28,543 bases of DNA, from positions 1 through 28,543 of IMG/VR virus record IMGVR_UViG_3300028025_002856; one strand, 5' to 3'. This document shows, one piece after another, positions 7,079-14,648 of this stretch. Source of the stretch: a virus. Taxonomy: Duplodnaviria; Caudoviricetes. The notes beneath the pieces are model-generated. The model made no database searches, was not told the origin of the DNA, and was given only the letters and a program-made list of their open reading frames with translations. Position 1 is the first letter of the stretch. Every line of letters begins with the position of its first letter. The translations under genes and the position numbers were made by a program.

Positions 7079-8008
7079 TTAACGTTTATTACTTAATGCA
7101 CGTCTGATTAGCGTATCGGCAGTTGGCAACTCTTGTCCATAGGTCTGTTCTTCAAATTGCTGTTTAGTCATTGTAGCAATCTCTTTCAATTGCTTTAGTG
7201 CCTGCACAGTACCAGATGCTTTACCCGCTTGCCAACGGTAATTGTGAACATCGGCATAGCCTTGTCCGCTAGGACTAAATGCGTATTTACGACCTTGATG
7301 TATATCTTCAAATAAAGACGAACCTTGTTCTACTGCAAGTTTTAATGCTGCTTCAGCATTGCGTCTTGCTGTATCCGTACTTGCTGCACCAATGTCACTT
7401 AGCGCACGTGAATACCGTGAAAGTATTTCTAACGCCATTGACTTATCAGATTCTACTTTTCTATCCCACTGCTTGTTAAACGGTGCGCCCTTAAGTTCTG
7501 GTTGCACTGTCCAATCGTCATTGGTTAACGAATAAGCTGCGTAAGGTTTGATGGAGCGAATATCTGACTGAACATTAACATAGAATGTAAGTTCATATGA
7601 ATCTAGGAAGTTGCTAGTGGTTGGATGTAGCTCTCTAAAAGTCTCGTTGAATAGCTGAGCTATCTGTTTATCACTTAGCGCTTTGTAATCTGGATTAGAT
7701 TGGCGGAATTGTAGATAATTTACCCCAATCAAACAGTCCAAGTCAGCTGGCTTGCGAGCTGCAGACCATTGGTAGGAGACCGCTGAGCCCGCTAACCAAA
7801 TATGGATATAGGCCTCTGGGCTTTGGAAATGTAATTTAAGGTGCTCAAGAAGGATGCGAAATACCATCGAGCGAACGGAAGGAATCAACTTGCCATCGCG
7901 GAATAATCTAGGGTCTAACCCCGCGCCTGGTTTGGTGAAGTAGGAAGTTTCAGATGGCTCTACGGATACAGGTCGCGCCTGCGCAACAAGGGCATCGTAG
8001 AAGTTCAT
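7079..8008 (-). CDS. Pol-beta superfamily nucleotidyltransferase
   Basis: hhhAGS motif (IWLAGSAVSYQWS), DLD catalytic pair (PADLDCLIG) and third acidic strand (YELTFYVN). Confidence 0.8.
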   Translation of the reverse strand: MNFYDALVAQARPVSVEPSETSYFTKPGAGLDPRLFRDGKLIPSVRSMVFRILLEHLKLHFQSPEAYIHIWLAGSAVSYQWSAARKPADLDCLIGVNYLQFRQSNPDYKALSDKQIAQLFNETFRELHPTTSNFLDSYELTFYVNVQSDIRSIKPYAAYSLTNDDWTVQPELKGAPFNKQWDRKVESDKSMALEILSRYSRALSDIGAASTDTARRNAEAALKLAVEQGSSLFEDIHQGRKYAFSPSGQGYADVHNYRWQAGKASGTVQALKQLKEIATMTKQQFEEQTYGQELPTADTLIRRALSNKR

Positions 8009-8014
8009 CTACGT

Positions 8015-8020
8015 ATTATA
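8015..8020 (-). promoter_or_regulatory. -10 box TATAAT, leaderless start for the nucleotidyltransferase
   Basis: TATAAT-ACGTAG-ATG(8008), no SD. Confidence 0.6.
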
Positions 8021-8249
8021 GTTCTTTTTCCTTCTTTTCCTTGTACATAACATCGGTTTCAAACTCAAATTTACGATGCTTCTCTGGTGCATCCATGCGA
8101 ACAGGGTTCATATACCCACATTGCTGATGCGCACTAACAAATTGCTGAGCCCACATAATAATCAGCGACTCGTTTCCTGCGTCAGAAACATCCGCTTGGA
8201 AACTTGCTACACAATTACATGTCATCTCGATGAACGCCATGACTGCCAC
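8016..8249 (-). CDS. Small hypothetical protein with CxC...HxxC motif
   Basis: ORF track; MTCNC and AHQQC. Confidence 0.7.
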   Translation of the reverse strand: MAVMAFIEMTCNCVASFQADVSDAGNESLIIMWAQQFVSAHQQCGYMNPVRMDAPEKHRKFEFETDVMYKEKKEKEL

Positions 8250-8270
8250 CTATCCCTAGACTGTACATAC

Positions 8271-8295
8271 AGTATAGCCTGAGTTACGGACGATT
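8271..8295 (-). promoter_or_regulatory. Promoter, -10 TATACT preceded by AATCG-N3-GTAACTCA motif
   Basis: Minus strand AATCGTCCGTAACTCAGGCTATACT; matches 4593-4618. Confidence 0.6.
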
Positions 8296-8302
8296 GTAAG
8301 GG

Positions 8303-8602
8303 TTACTTAGGCTGATTATCCTGGGCAGCAAGGACGTCTTTGACCATATGAAGCACTTGGTGAGCAATATCGGTGTTATTCATACTGTCTGTAATGTCTC
8401 TACACCCATGCTTGATGTCTTCCATCTCGGCTGGACGGTCAATCTTAGGTCGAACGTTAAGGTTAGCGGTTGCATACCACCCAGCGTTATTAGGACGCTT
8501 GATTACTAAAAATGCAGTTGTACCCTCTGGGGCATCGCCCAATACCTGCTCTGGGGTAAGTTCGATGTTGATATCTTCTGCGTTAATGATTTCTTCAGAC
8601 AT
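8303..8602 (-). CDS. Hypothetical protein (99 aa)
   Basis: ORF track; TAATG overlap with upstream gene. Confidence 0.75.
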   Translation of the reverse strand: MSEEIINAEDINIELTPEQVLGDAPEGTTAFLVIKRPNNAGWYATANLNVRPKIDRPAEMEDIKHGCRDITDSMNNTDIAHQVLHMVKDVLAAQDNQPK

Positions 8603-9159
8603 TATTTGTATAGCCCTCTCGATTGGTATGCCTTCTTTTGGTTGTACATCTTAACAGGGCAGAAGTCACATAGGTGAATCTTTGAGGTAGTAGCTTTCAA
8701 CCCTGCTTCTTTACGGTCTTTTGCTGTATCTGGTTTTAATTCTTTACGGTCTGACTTGTAATCAGAGCACTGGCCCTGTGGGCGATTGTGCAAGGAGTAG
8801 CAACTCATTGCATCTGCTGAATAGGTATCTTTGACGTTATAGAAGTTAGTTCCCAAGATGTCTAGTCCCTTAGAACCACCACCTAGAATTTGCTCTTTAA
8901 TCTGACTTAGAATCTGTTCTTTGAGTGGGGCGTTACCCATCCAAGCAACAGTAAGACAATCTGTTAAAACGCCAAAGTGACCTGCCTGTTGACAGGTGCC
9001 AATAAATTGTTCAATCCAAGGATTATCGGATTGGTCATAACGACCTTCACCTAATGCTTTACCGCTTTTTGTATACGGAATTTCCTGGATAGTTTTACAC
9101 TGCTTACATACAAGCAGGTTAATTCTATCTGGCTCTAGTTCGTCAATTATGTTACCCAT
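8602..9159 (-). CDS. Cys/His-rich hypothetical protein (probable Zn-binding)
   Basis: CKQC, CQQAGH, CYSLH..QC, HLCDFC. Leaderless TAGGCT-N6-ATG. Confidence 0.75.
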   Translation of the reverse strand: MGNIIDELEPDRINLLVCKQCKTIQEIPYTKSGKALGEGRYDQSDNPWIEQFIGTCQQAGHFGVLTDCLTVAWMGNAPLKEQILSQIKEQILGGGSKGLDILGTNFYNVKDTYSADAMSCYSLHNRPQGQCSDYKSDRKELKPDTAKDRKEAGLKATTSKIHLCDFCPVKMYNQKKAYQSRGLYK

Positions 9160-9180
9160 GACGGTAGCCTATCACACTAA

Positions 9181-9834
9181 TTAATCTTCTTCTAGTGCCT
9201 TTTTACGTGCTGCAAGTCTTGCGGCCTTTTCTGCGGCTGCTGCTGCATCCTCACGAGCTTTTGCTTTTGCTGCTAATTCAGGGTCAGTTCTACTACTTCC
9301 ACCTACAAATAGTGATGCAATCTCTGACTTAGGGTCTGACGCAAGAGTTTTTGCCACCTTAGTTGCTGGACCTACAGGCTTTGTAGGGCGCGGGGCTGCT
9401 GGACGTACGCTTTTACCTGCGGTTTTTTCTGACTTACGTGGGGCAGGGATTACTGCTGTAGAAGGTTTTGGAGCAACACCTTCATAACGCTGTTCTCCGC
9501 CTTCTGCAAATTTACTTGAAACTTCAAACTTACCAGAAACGCCGTCCTTCAACGCCACATCTCTAGGGACAGATATGTTGCCACCTTCGTGGATTACTAA
9601 CTTACCCCCATCGCTGCTCTTTAATAAGGTTGTTAGAAAGTCTTTATGAAATGGGTTTCCAGAGTCATATTTAAAACCACGATGACCTGCTGTATTAGCA
9701 GGTTCGTGCTTGCTTAAATCTATATTAGGTTCCCACTGTGGGCCGCGTGATGCTGGTGCATTAGCTGCCGCTTTTGCATCTTCAGCTTGTGCGCCTTGGT
9801 TGGCAACAATTTTGCCAATGTCTTTTAGACCCAT
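9181..9834 (-). CDS. Ala/Lys/Pro-rich hypothetical protein
   Basis: ORF track; low-complexity basic C-terminal half. Confidence 0.7.
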   Translation of the reverse strand: MGLKDIGKIVANQGAQAEDAKAAANAPASRGPQWEPNIDLSKHEPANTAGHRGFKYDSGNPFHKDFLTTLLKSSDGGKLVIHEGGNISVPRDVALKDGVSGKFEVSSKFAEGGEQRYEGVAPKPSTAVIPAPRKSEKTAGKSVRPAAPRPTKPVGPATKVAKTLASDPKSEIASLFVGGSSRTDPELAAKAKAREDAAAAAEKAARLAARKKALEED

Positions 9835-10089
9835 TTACTTTACCTCTACGTGTCCGCCAGAGTCACGAGGACTAGGGTTCTTTGTACGAATCTCCGTACC
9901 ATCTTTGTGATGTGCAACCGCTTCTGGGTCGCCTGCTACTACAAGACGTCGCTGTTTAACTTCACCTTTATCAGATGGGTAAGTCTGAGATGCACGAAGT
10001 AGACCAAGCATGGTCTCTTTATGTGCATTTGCAGATGCTACGTCAGTTTTTGCCTGACGGCGGGCATCGCGGTCACGGCGGTTAAACAT
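9835..10089 (-). CDS. Hypothetical protein (84 aa)
   Basis: ORF track; abuts or overlaps neighbours. Confidence 0.7.
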   Translation of the reverse strand: MFNRRDRDARRQAKTDVASANAHKETMLGLLRASQTYPSDKGEVKQRRLVVAGDPEAVAHHKDGTEIRTKNPSPRDSGGHVEVK

Positions 10090-10298
10090 TAGTTGCTCCC
10101 TGGGTTTACCTTAGCTGGTTCTTCAGAGTTAATAAAACCATAGTTCATGTATGGATGCAAGCCTGCGCGGTTCTTCTCTACAAGGTCATCGCCCATACCT
10201 GTTGCTACAGTTGTATTAGGGCGGCGCTTGCGGTACTTACCGTCTGTTGCACCTTCATTGAGTTCAGCGTTCTGTGAACGTGAGATGTTAACTGTCAT
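10089..10298 (-). CDS. Hypothetical protein (69 aa)
   Basis: ORF track; ATGA and TAATG overlaps. Confidence 0.7.
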   Translation of the reverse strand: MTVNISRSQNAELNEGATDGKYRKRRPNTTVATGMGDDLVEKNRAGLHPYMNYGFINSEEPAKVNPGSN

Positions 10299-10531
10299 TG
10301 GGACATCCGTCCTTTCAATAGTTTTTGGGCTTTACGGCGATTGCATGTTGGGCAATTGCTTTGGTCCTTTAGCGATTGTACTGGGTTCATAGTAGAACCA
10401 CAGCCTTTACAGGTCTTAGAACCGTTATAAACGGTGTTTTTAAGCTGTTGTTGGGTGCTTAAAGATACATCTGTAGCCCCAGCCATGCCTTCGCCAGTGC
10501 TGTCTGTAAATAAACCTGGGTCGTTCTTCAT
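10295..10531 (-). CDS. Zinc-ribbon hypothetical protein
   Basis: CKGC...CPTC; ATGA overlaps. Confidence 0.7.
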   Translation of the reverse strand: MKNDPGLFTDSTGEGMAGATDVSLSTQQQLKNTVYNGSKTCKGCGSTMNPVQSLKDQSNCPTCNRRKAQKLLKGRMSQ

Positions 10532-10908
10532 ATTGTGTTTCCTAACGTGTTACGGCTGCTGGACTGTTGGCTATTAGGCGTATTGCTAAAGTCAGACTCT
10601 ACACGCTGAGCACTGCGAGCGCCTGGCAACCCAATTACATCTTCAATAGTTAACTCTTGGTCTGTATAACCATATCTATCTGGAAATAGGTTAATCTGAG
10701 GTAGATTAGGACGTACTAGCTCTTGCAGTTCTGCGCCAGCCATAGTCCAAGTAGCAAGTGCTTGATTTAGTAGGCGGTCTTGATTAGATTGAAATGGCCC
10801 TAGGTATTCTTGTGGGGGAAACGCGGCTTCTTCTGGTGTGTTAACGCCAGGACGGTCTTTATCCCACGGCTTATGACCATAGCGACCATCTGCATATTTA
10901 CCTGGCAT
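10528..10908 (-). CDS. Hypothetical protein (126 aa; start re-called at MPGKYADG)
   Basis: ATG at 10908 lies 1 nt after the upstream stop. The ORF-track start at 11031 overlaps the upstream gene heavily. Confidence 0.7.
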   Translation of the reverse strand: MPGKYADGRYGHKPWDKDRPGVNTPEEAAFPPQEYLGPFQSNQDRLLNQALATWTMAGAELQELVRPNLPQINLFPDRYGYTDQELTIEDVIGLPGARSAQRVESDFSNTPNSQQSSSRNTLGNTI

Positions 10909-10909
10909 G

Positions 10910-11449
10910 TTATTTCCACTGAGGACGCATACGCGCCATCTGGTCTTGACGGGCCTGGTTGATTTGCATAGGTGAATCGCTCTTAACTGTTGGGCCTGCC
11001 TTACCATCGTTAGGAAGGTGAGGAGCAGCAACTAATTTAGAAACTGGTGCGTGACGTGTTGAACGATATAGCGCACCATCTACTGCAGCTTTCATCTGAC
11101 GACTAATACCTGCGTATGGTTCTAAACCTTCTGGATAATAATAGCTTTGCATATCAATACGCTCACCTTTGTGAACGCCACGTTGATATGAACGTTGACC
11201 AATACGAACCTTAAGGCTATCTAATACGTTTTCTGATTGACCGTTAGGACGACCGCGGTCATCACGACGTGTGCGGATAGTTCCTAAATAACCATCTGGA
11301 TATTCTGCAGAAGGTTGACGACCAACACCCATACGCAAACCATCAAGCTCACCACGTGCAACAGGAGTACCGCCTCCACCATAATTGGTGTAGGTCCCTG
11401 ACATGCCATTGGCGCCTAGGTTCTGCGTGTTTTGGTTAGGATTTGCCAT
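10910..11449 (-). CDS. Gly/Arg-rich hypothetical protein (start re-called at MANPNQ)
   Basis: TACCAT-N6-ATG(11449). Segments AEYPDGYLGTIRTRR and RSYQRGVHKGERID look conserved. Confidence 0.7.
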   Translation of the reverse strand: MANPNQNTQNLGANGMSGTYTNYGGGGTPVARGELDGLRMGVGRQPSAEYPDGYLGTIRTRRDDRGRPNGQSENVLDSLKVRIGQRSYQRGVHKGERIDMQSYYYPEGLEPYAGISRQMKAAVDGALYRSTRHAPVSKLVAAPHLPNDGKAGPTVKSDSPMQINQARQDQMARMRPQWK

Positions 11450-11453
11450 ACCA

Positions 11454-12656
11454 CTATGGTAAGCGGTTTTCTCCTGCAAGTACTGCTAAATCACGGCGTG
11501 GGTCATAACCCTCACCTACAACTAAAGACACGATACCTGTTGGTGACTCTAACCCGCTCTTGTCACGGAACCAAGCGGAACCGCCATCCATAGCAGGCAC
11601 TTGAATCCATAAACGTGGGCCAACTTGGTCTGCGCGGAAGTGGTGGAAGTGTCCTGTAAGTAGTACATCTGCTGAACCTACTGGTGTACGGCCTGTTGCC
11701 TGTCCCGCAATCCACTTACCCATATCTTTAGCTTGGTGACCATGCGCCAAACCAATAATAGTTCCACCTAAATCTACAGCTAATGTAGCATGGTCTGACT
11801 TAGGGTACATAAATTTAACATGGGATAACGCTGGGTTTTCTGCACATGCATCCTGCACCGCAGCTACAACTTCAATCTGCCATGAGTCAGTAGGGTCAAT
11901 CATCATAATACGGTGTGGCTCGTCATGGTTACCAGGAACAACTGGAACGATTAATTCTTCGCACAAGGGTGCAAATGCTTTTACCCAAGCCATAAGAATA
12001 CGACGTCCAAGGCGGACCTGTTGTGTAACGCCGAGGTCACTACGACCAATTACTTTACCGTGTTGTGAAGTGGTTCCTTCAATGCAATCACCAAGTTGTG
12101 GGAGTACAACGGTACCAATCTTACGACCAAGCTTTAGTAACTCTTTGTGACGTGCTACTGATTCTTCAATACCTAGCATGACTCGTGCAACTGTGGCTTC
12201 TGTTCCACCACCTGCGTCCTTACCATACTGAGTATCACCAATTGCATAAATAGCGTATAGGGGACCAGTTGCTGCTTCTGTTTTTCCTGGCTTCCACTTA
12301 CTAATGTCTGCAACTAATGCGTCGTAATCTAAATCTTTACCATTAATAAATTGGTCTGCTGGTTTTACATTAACTCGTGCAGCCTCTAGCCACTCTCCGT
12401 CATAACGTTGCCAACGGCTCTTACGAACACTGACGACTGTCCACACTTGTGGGTCTAAATCAAAATCTTTAAATAGCTCAACCGCATCTGGGAGCTCTCC
12501 TGCGGTACGTGGTGTGGATACAAAAAATCCACCATCTGTACCAATGTCCATACGCGCTCTATATTCTGGTGGCGTATTGGCCCTCTTTACTTCTTCTTCT
12601 GCGCCGTTTAATTCGGCATTAATTAGTGCTTTAGTAATAGCGTTCAGTTTCGACAT
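11454..12656 (-). CDS. Calcineurin-like metallophosphoesterase (Mre11/SbcD-like phage exonuclease family)
   Basis: All five motif blocks: GDTQYGK, LGDCIEG, PGNHDE, LAHGH, TGHFHH. Start 12656 or 12662. Confidence 0.85.
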   Translation of the reverse strand: MSKLNAITKALINAELNGAEEEVKRANTPPEYRARMDIGTDGGFFVSTPRTAGELPDAVELFKDFDLDPQVWTVVSVRKSRWQRYDGEWLEAARVNVKPADQFINGKDLDYDALVADISKWKPGKTEAATGPLYAIYAIGDTQYGKDAGGGTEATVARVMLGIEESVARHKELLKLGRKIGTVVLPQLGDCIEGTTSQHGKVIGRSDLGVTQQVRLGRRILMAWVKAFAPLCEELIVPVVPGNHDEPHRIMMIDPTDSWQIEVVAAVQDACAENPALSHVKFMYPKSDHATLAVDLGGTIIGLAHGHQAKDMGKWIAGQATGRTPVGSADVLLTGHFHHFRADQVGPRLWIQVPAMDGGSAWFRDKSGLESPTGIVSLVVGEGYDPRRDLAVLAGENRLP

Positions 12657-12874
12657 GTGCAATAACCTCTTAAGTGTGAGCGAAAAGCAGTTAGTTTAAA
12701 TGGCAATTCAGTTTCTTTGTTTAAGTCTTTATATAATGATGCAACTACTACTTTATTGTTATTACGCAATTCGATAAACGCAGCCTGCTCTTCTTCAGGT
12801 AACTCGCCTATCCATTGCCCTACAACGCATATAACAGGTAGTGTTGTCAGGTGCTTATTTAGTACGTCTAGCAC
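12644..12874 (-). CDS. Small hypothetical protein coupled to the metallophosphoesterase
   Basis: ORF track; AAGGAG SD; C...HxxxxCxC motif. Confidence 0.7.
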   Translation of the reverse strand: MLDVLNKHLTTLPVICVVGQWIGELPEEEQAAFIELRNNNKVVVASLYKDLNKETELPFKLTAFRSHLRGYCTCRN

Positions 12875-12911
12875 GAGCTCTCCTTGTCGTCATCGTGATT
12901 CAAGCAATACC

Positions 12912-12940
12912 AGCCTAACACAGGTATTGGGTATGCACAA
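12912..12940 (-). promoter_or_regulatory. Sigma-A-like promoter TTGTGC-N17-TAGGCT
   Basis: 17-nt spacing; lies directly after the hsp20 terminator. Confidence 0.5.
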
Positions 12941-12941
12941 T

Positions 12942-12976
12942 CAAAAACCCCCACCTAATTTAGATGGGGGTCTTTG
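12942..12976 (-). terminator. Intrinsic terminator after hsp20
   Basis: Minus strand ACCCCCATCTA-AAT-TAGGTGGGGGT followed by TTTT. Confidence 0.8.
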
Positions 12977-12986
12977 TCTGACAGCC

Positions 12987-13532
12987 TTACTTGATAGGGA
13001 TTGTTTTTTCCTTCTTTGCCTCTGGAAGGATGCGCTCTAGCTTAATGGTTAGGAATCCATCTTCCATACCAGCACCAGTAACAATAACGTCATCAGCAAC
13101 AGCAAACTTCTGTACGAAGTTGCGGGCTGCAATACCCTTGTAGGAATAGTCCGAGTCGTCTTCTCCTCGGTTTCCTTCTACAGTGATGATGTTTTCCTTA
13201 TAGGTAATACTGACGTCAGCCTTCTTGAAACCAGCAATAGCCAGCTCAATTTCAGCCTTGTCATCTTTAAGGGTTTTAATGTTATACGGTGGGTAATTGG
13301 TTTTAATACGCACATCTTCTAGGTTCTGCATGAACTCTAGGTGGCGCTCAAACCCAAATGTCCATGGGTCTAGCATATTGTGTAGCAATTTAAATGGGTC
13401 TACGGAACGTTCTGCAGCTAATTGATAACCATTAATAAGCTGCTGAGTTCCTGCTGGAATTGTTTTTGGTTTTGGTTCCATCCACTGGTGATTTCTTTCG
13501 TGTGGGGAACCCATTGGGTAGCCTGAAGCCAT
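12987..13532 (-). CDS. Small heat-shock protein (Hsp20/IbpA-like)
   Basis: NYPPYNI, IELAIAGF, YKGIAARNF, GMEDGFLTIKLERILPE..K.KTIPI (IxI motif). Confidence 0.93.
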   Translation of the reverse strand: MASGYPMGSPHERNHQWMEPKPKTIPAGTQQLINGYQLAAERSVDPFKLLHNMLDPWTFGFERHLEFMQNLEDVRIKTNYPPYNIKTLKDDKAEIELAIAGFKKADVSITYKENIITVEGNRGEDDSDYSYKGIAARNFVQKFAVADDVIVTGAGMEDGFLTIKLERILPEAKKEKTIPIK

Positions 13533-13534
13533 AA

Positions 13535-13585
13535 TATATCTCCTTAGACGATATAACTTTTTGTGACCCTCCTAGTGAGCGGTCA
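13535..13585 (-). promoter_or_regulatory. ROSE-like RNA thermometer candidate in hsp20 leader
   Basis: Hairpin TGACC-G-CTC/GAG-GGTCA, then TATATC-G-TC-TAAG-GA-GATATA, which pairs over the AAGGAG SD with a bulged G. Confidence 0.5.
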
Positions 13586-13590
13586 GCTAT

Positions 13591-13622
13591 AGTATACAAC
13601 AATCTAATTTAGAATATATTCC
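13591..13622 (-). promoter_or_regulatory. hsp20 promoter: GGAAT-N17-GTTG (SigH/SigR-like) abutting TATACT -10
   Basis: Minus strand GGAATATATTCTAAATTAGATTGTTGTATACT. Confidence 0.45.
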
Positions 13623-13654
13623 TGTAATGATAGAAAAGGTACATTTAGAAATGC

Positions 13655-13681
13655 CAAAGCCCCTCGCTAGGAGGGGCTTTG
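13655..13681 (-). terminator. Hairpin terminator
   Basis: 11-bp stem CAAAGCCCCTC/GAGGGGCTTTG with a 5-nt loop, downstream of the 13698-14030 stop. Confidence 0.7.
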
Positions 13682-13697
13682 CGCTATTTAGTTGTAA

Positions 13698-14030
13698 CTA
13701 CTCAGCCATGCCATCTTTGAAGTTAGGCGCTGAGCGTTTTACCGCTGAAGAAAGGATGCGTCCATTGCCTTGTGTGGCGCCAGCTTCTGGAGCTGTGGAC
13801 TGCTGGAACTTAACACGGATACCGTATCGTGCTCCACCTGTCGCAGTAATCTTAGAACGTGACGGCTTTGCCTGTGTGTATGGGTCTGTTCCACCCTTAG
13901 CATTACCAGTCTTCTTCACAAGTGTTCCCTTTACAGGCTTAGCAACTTGTGGCTTTGCTCCAGCAGCATTTGATGGTTCCGCAGATGTCGGAGCAATCGG
14001 TGCTGGGTTCTTCTTTGAATCTGATTTCAT
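13698..14030 (-). CDS. Basic Ala/Lys/Gly/Pro-rich hypothetical protein
   Basis: ORF track; AAAGGA SD; followed by terminator. Confidence 0.75.
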   Translation of the reverse strand: MKSDSKKNPAPIAPTSAEPSNAAGAKPQVAKPVKGTLVKKTGNAKGGTDPYTQAKPSRSKITATGGARYGIRVKFQQSTAPEAGATQGNGRILSSAVKRSAPNFKDGMAE

Positions 14031-14091
14031 TTGTTTTCCTTTGGCCTAGGATTACCTAACAGAGTAGGCTATTAAATGGATAAATACAGTC

Positions 14092-14376
14092 TTAAGTAGC
14101 CTTGACGTCAAAAACAATGGCAGAAATCTGCCCATCATGGCTTTCGATACTGGTAAAACCTGGGATGCAGGTTAGGTCTAGACCGCGTGGGGCTGTGTAG
14201 CCACGTGCGATAGCAATAGCCTTTACTGCTTGATTAATAGCTCCTGCACCAACTGCACGGATTTTACAAGTGCGAGTTTCGTAGATGCTATGGGCGATGG
14301 CAGATGCCACGGCCTGGGGATTGCTTCCAGCGCTTACACGCAGGATGTGTTCTTCTTGTGCTTGTTGCTCGGTCAT
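14092..14376 (-). CDS. spoVS: SpoVS-family (Alba-like) nucleic-acid-binding protein
   Basis: LRVSAGSNPQAVASAIA...IRAVGAGAINQAVKAIAIARGY.AP.GLDL.CIPGF is the SpoVS signature. Confidence 0.9.
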   Translation of the reverse strand: MTEQQAQEEHILRVSAGSNPQAVASAIAHSIYETRTCKIRAVGAGAINQAVKAIAIARGYTAPRGLDLTCIPGFTSIESHDGQISAIVFDVKAT

Positions 14377-14426
14377 GTGTACCTCGGTTTACGTATAGTG
14401 GAGCCCCGTAGGTACAATTATGAAGG

Positions 14427-14648
14427 CTATATTAAATTAGGTCTGTCTAAAGGTGTAGGTGCCTTGGCATATGTTCCACAGATGGAGCACTCCATATCCA
14501 GTAAATATTGGGACATTTCATAGTCCTGAAAACTAGCCTTTACGTTCCACAATGTGGACTCACAATGTGGGCATTCATGGCAAACCTCGTCGGCGTATGC
14601 CATAGTGCCTGAATAATCAGGCTTTAGTTCTCTAATTCCCTTTGCCAT
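14427..14648 (-). CDS. Zinc-ribbon hypothetical protein
   Basis: CPHC...CSIC; start re-called at MAKGIRE. Confidence 0.7.
   Translation of the reverse strand: MAKGIRELKPDYSGTMAYADEVCHECPHCESTLWNVKASFQDYEMSQYLLDMECSICGTYAKAPTPLDRPNLI

Noticed and set aside
7079-8008. CBASS CD-NTase or canonical CCA-adding enzyme call
   Set aside because: No Cap effectors are adjacent and no class II CCA motifs (e.g. RRD) were seen. Only a superfamily-level call is supportable.
14092-14376. Bacterial chromosome or sporulating host implied by spoVS, recA and hsp20
   Set aside because: Gene density, micro-ORFs, dNMP kinase, phage-type primase/helicase and the absence of housekeeping operons indicate a phage. 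No integrase or att site was seen in the window.
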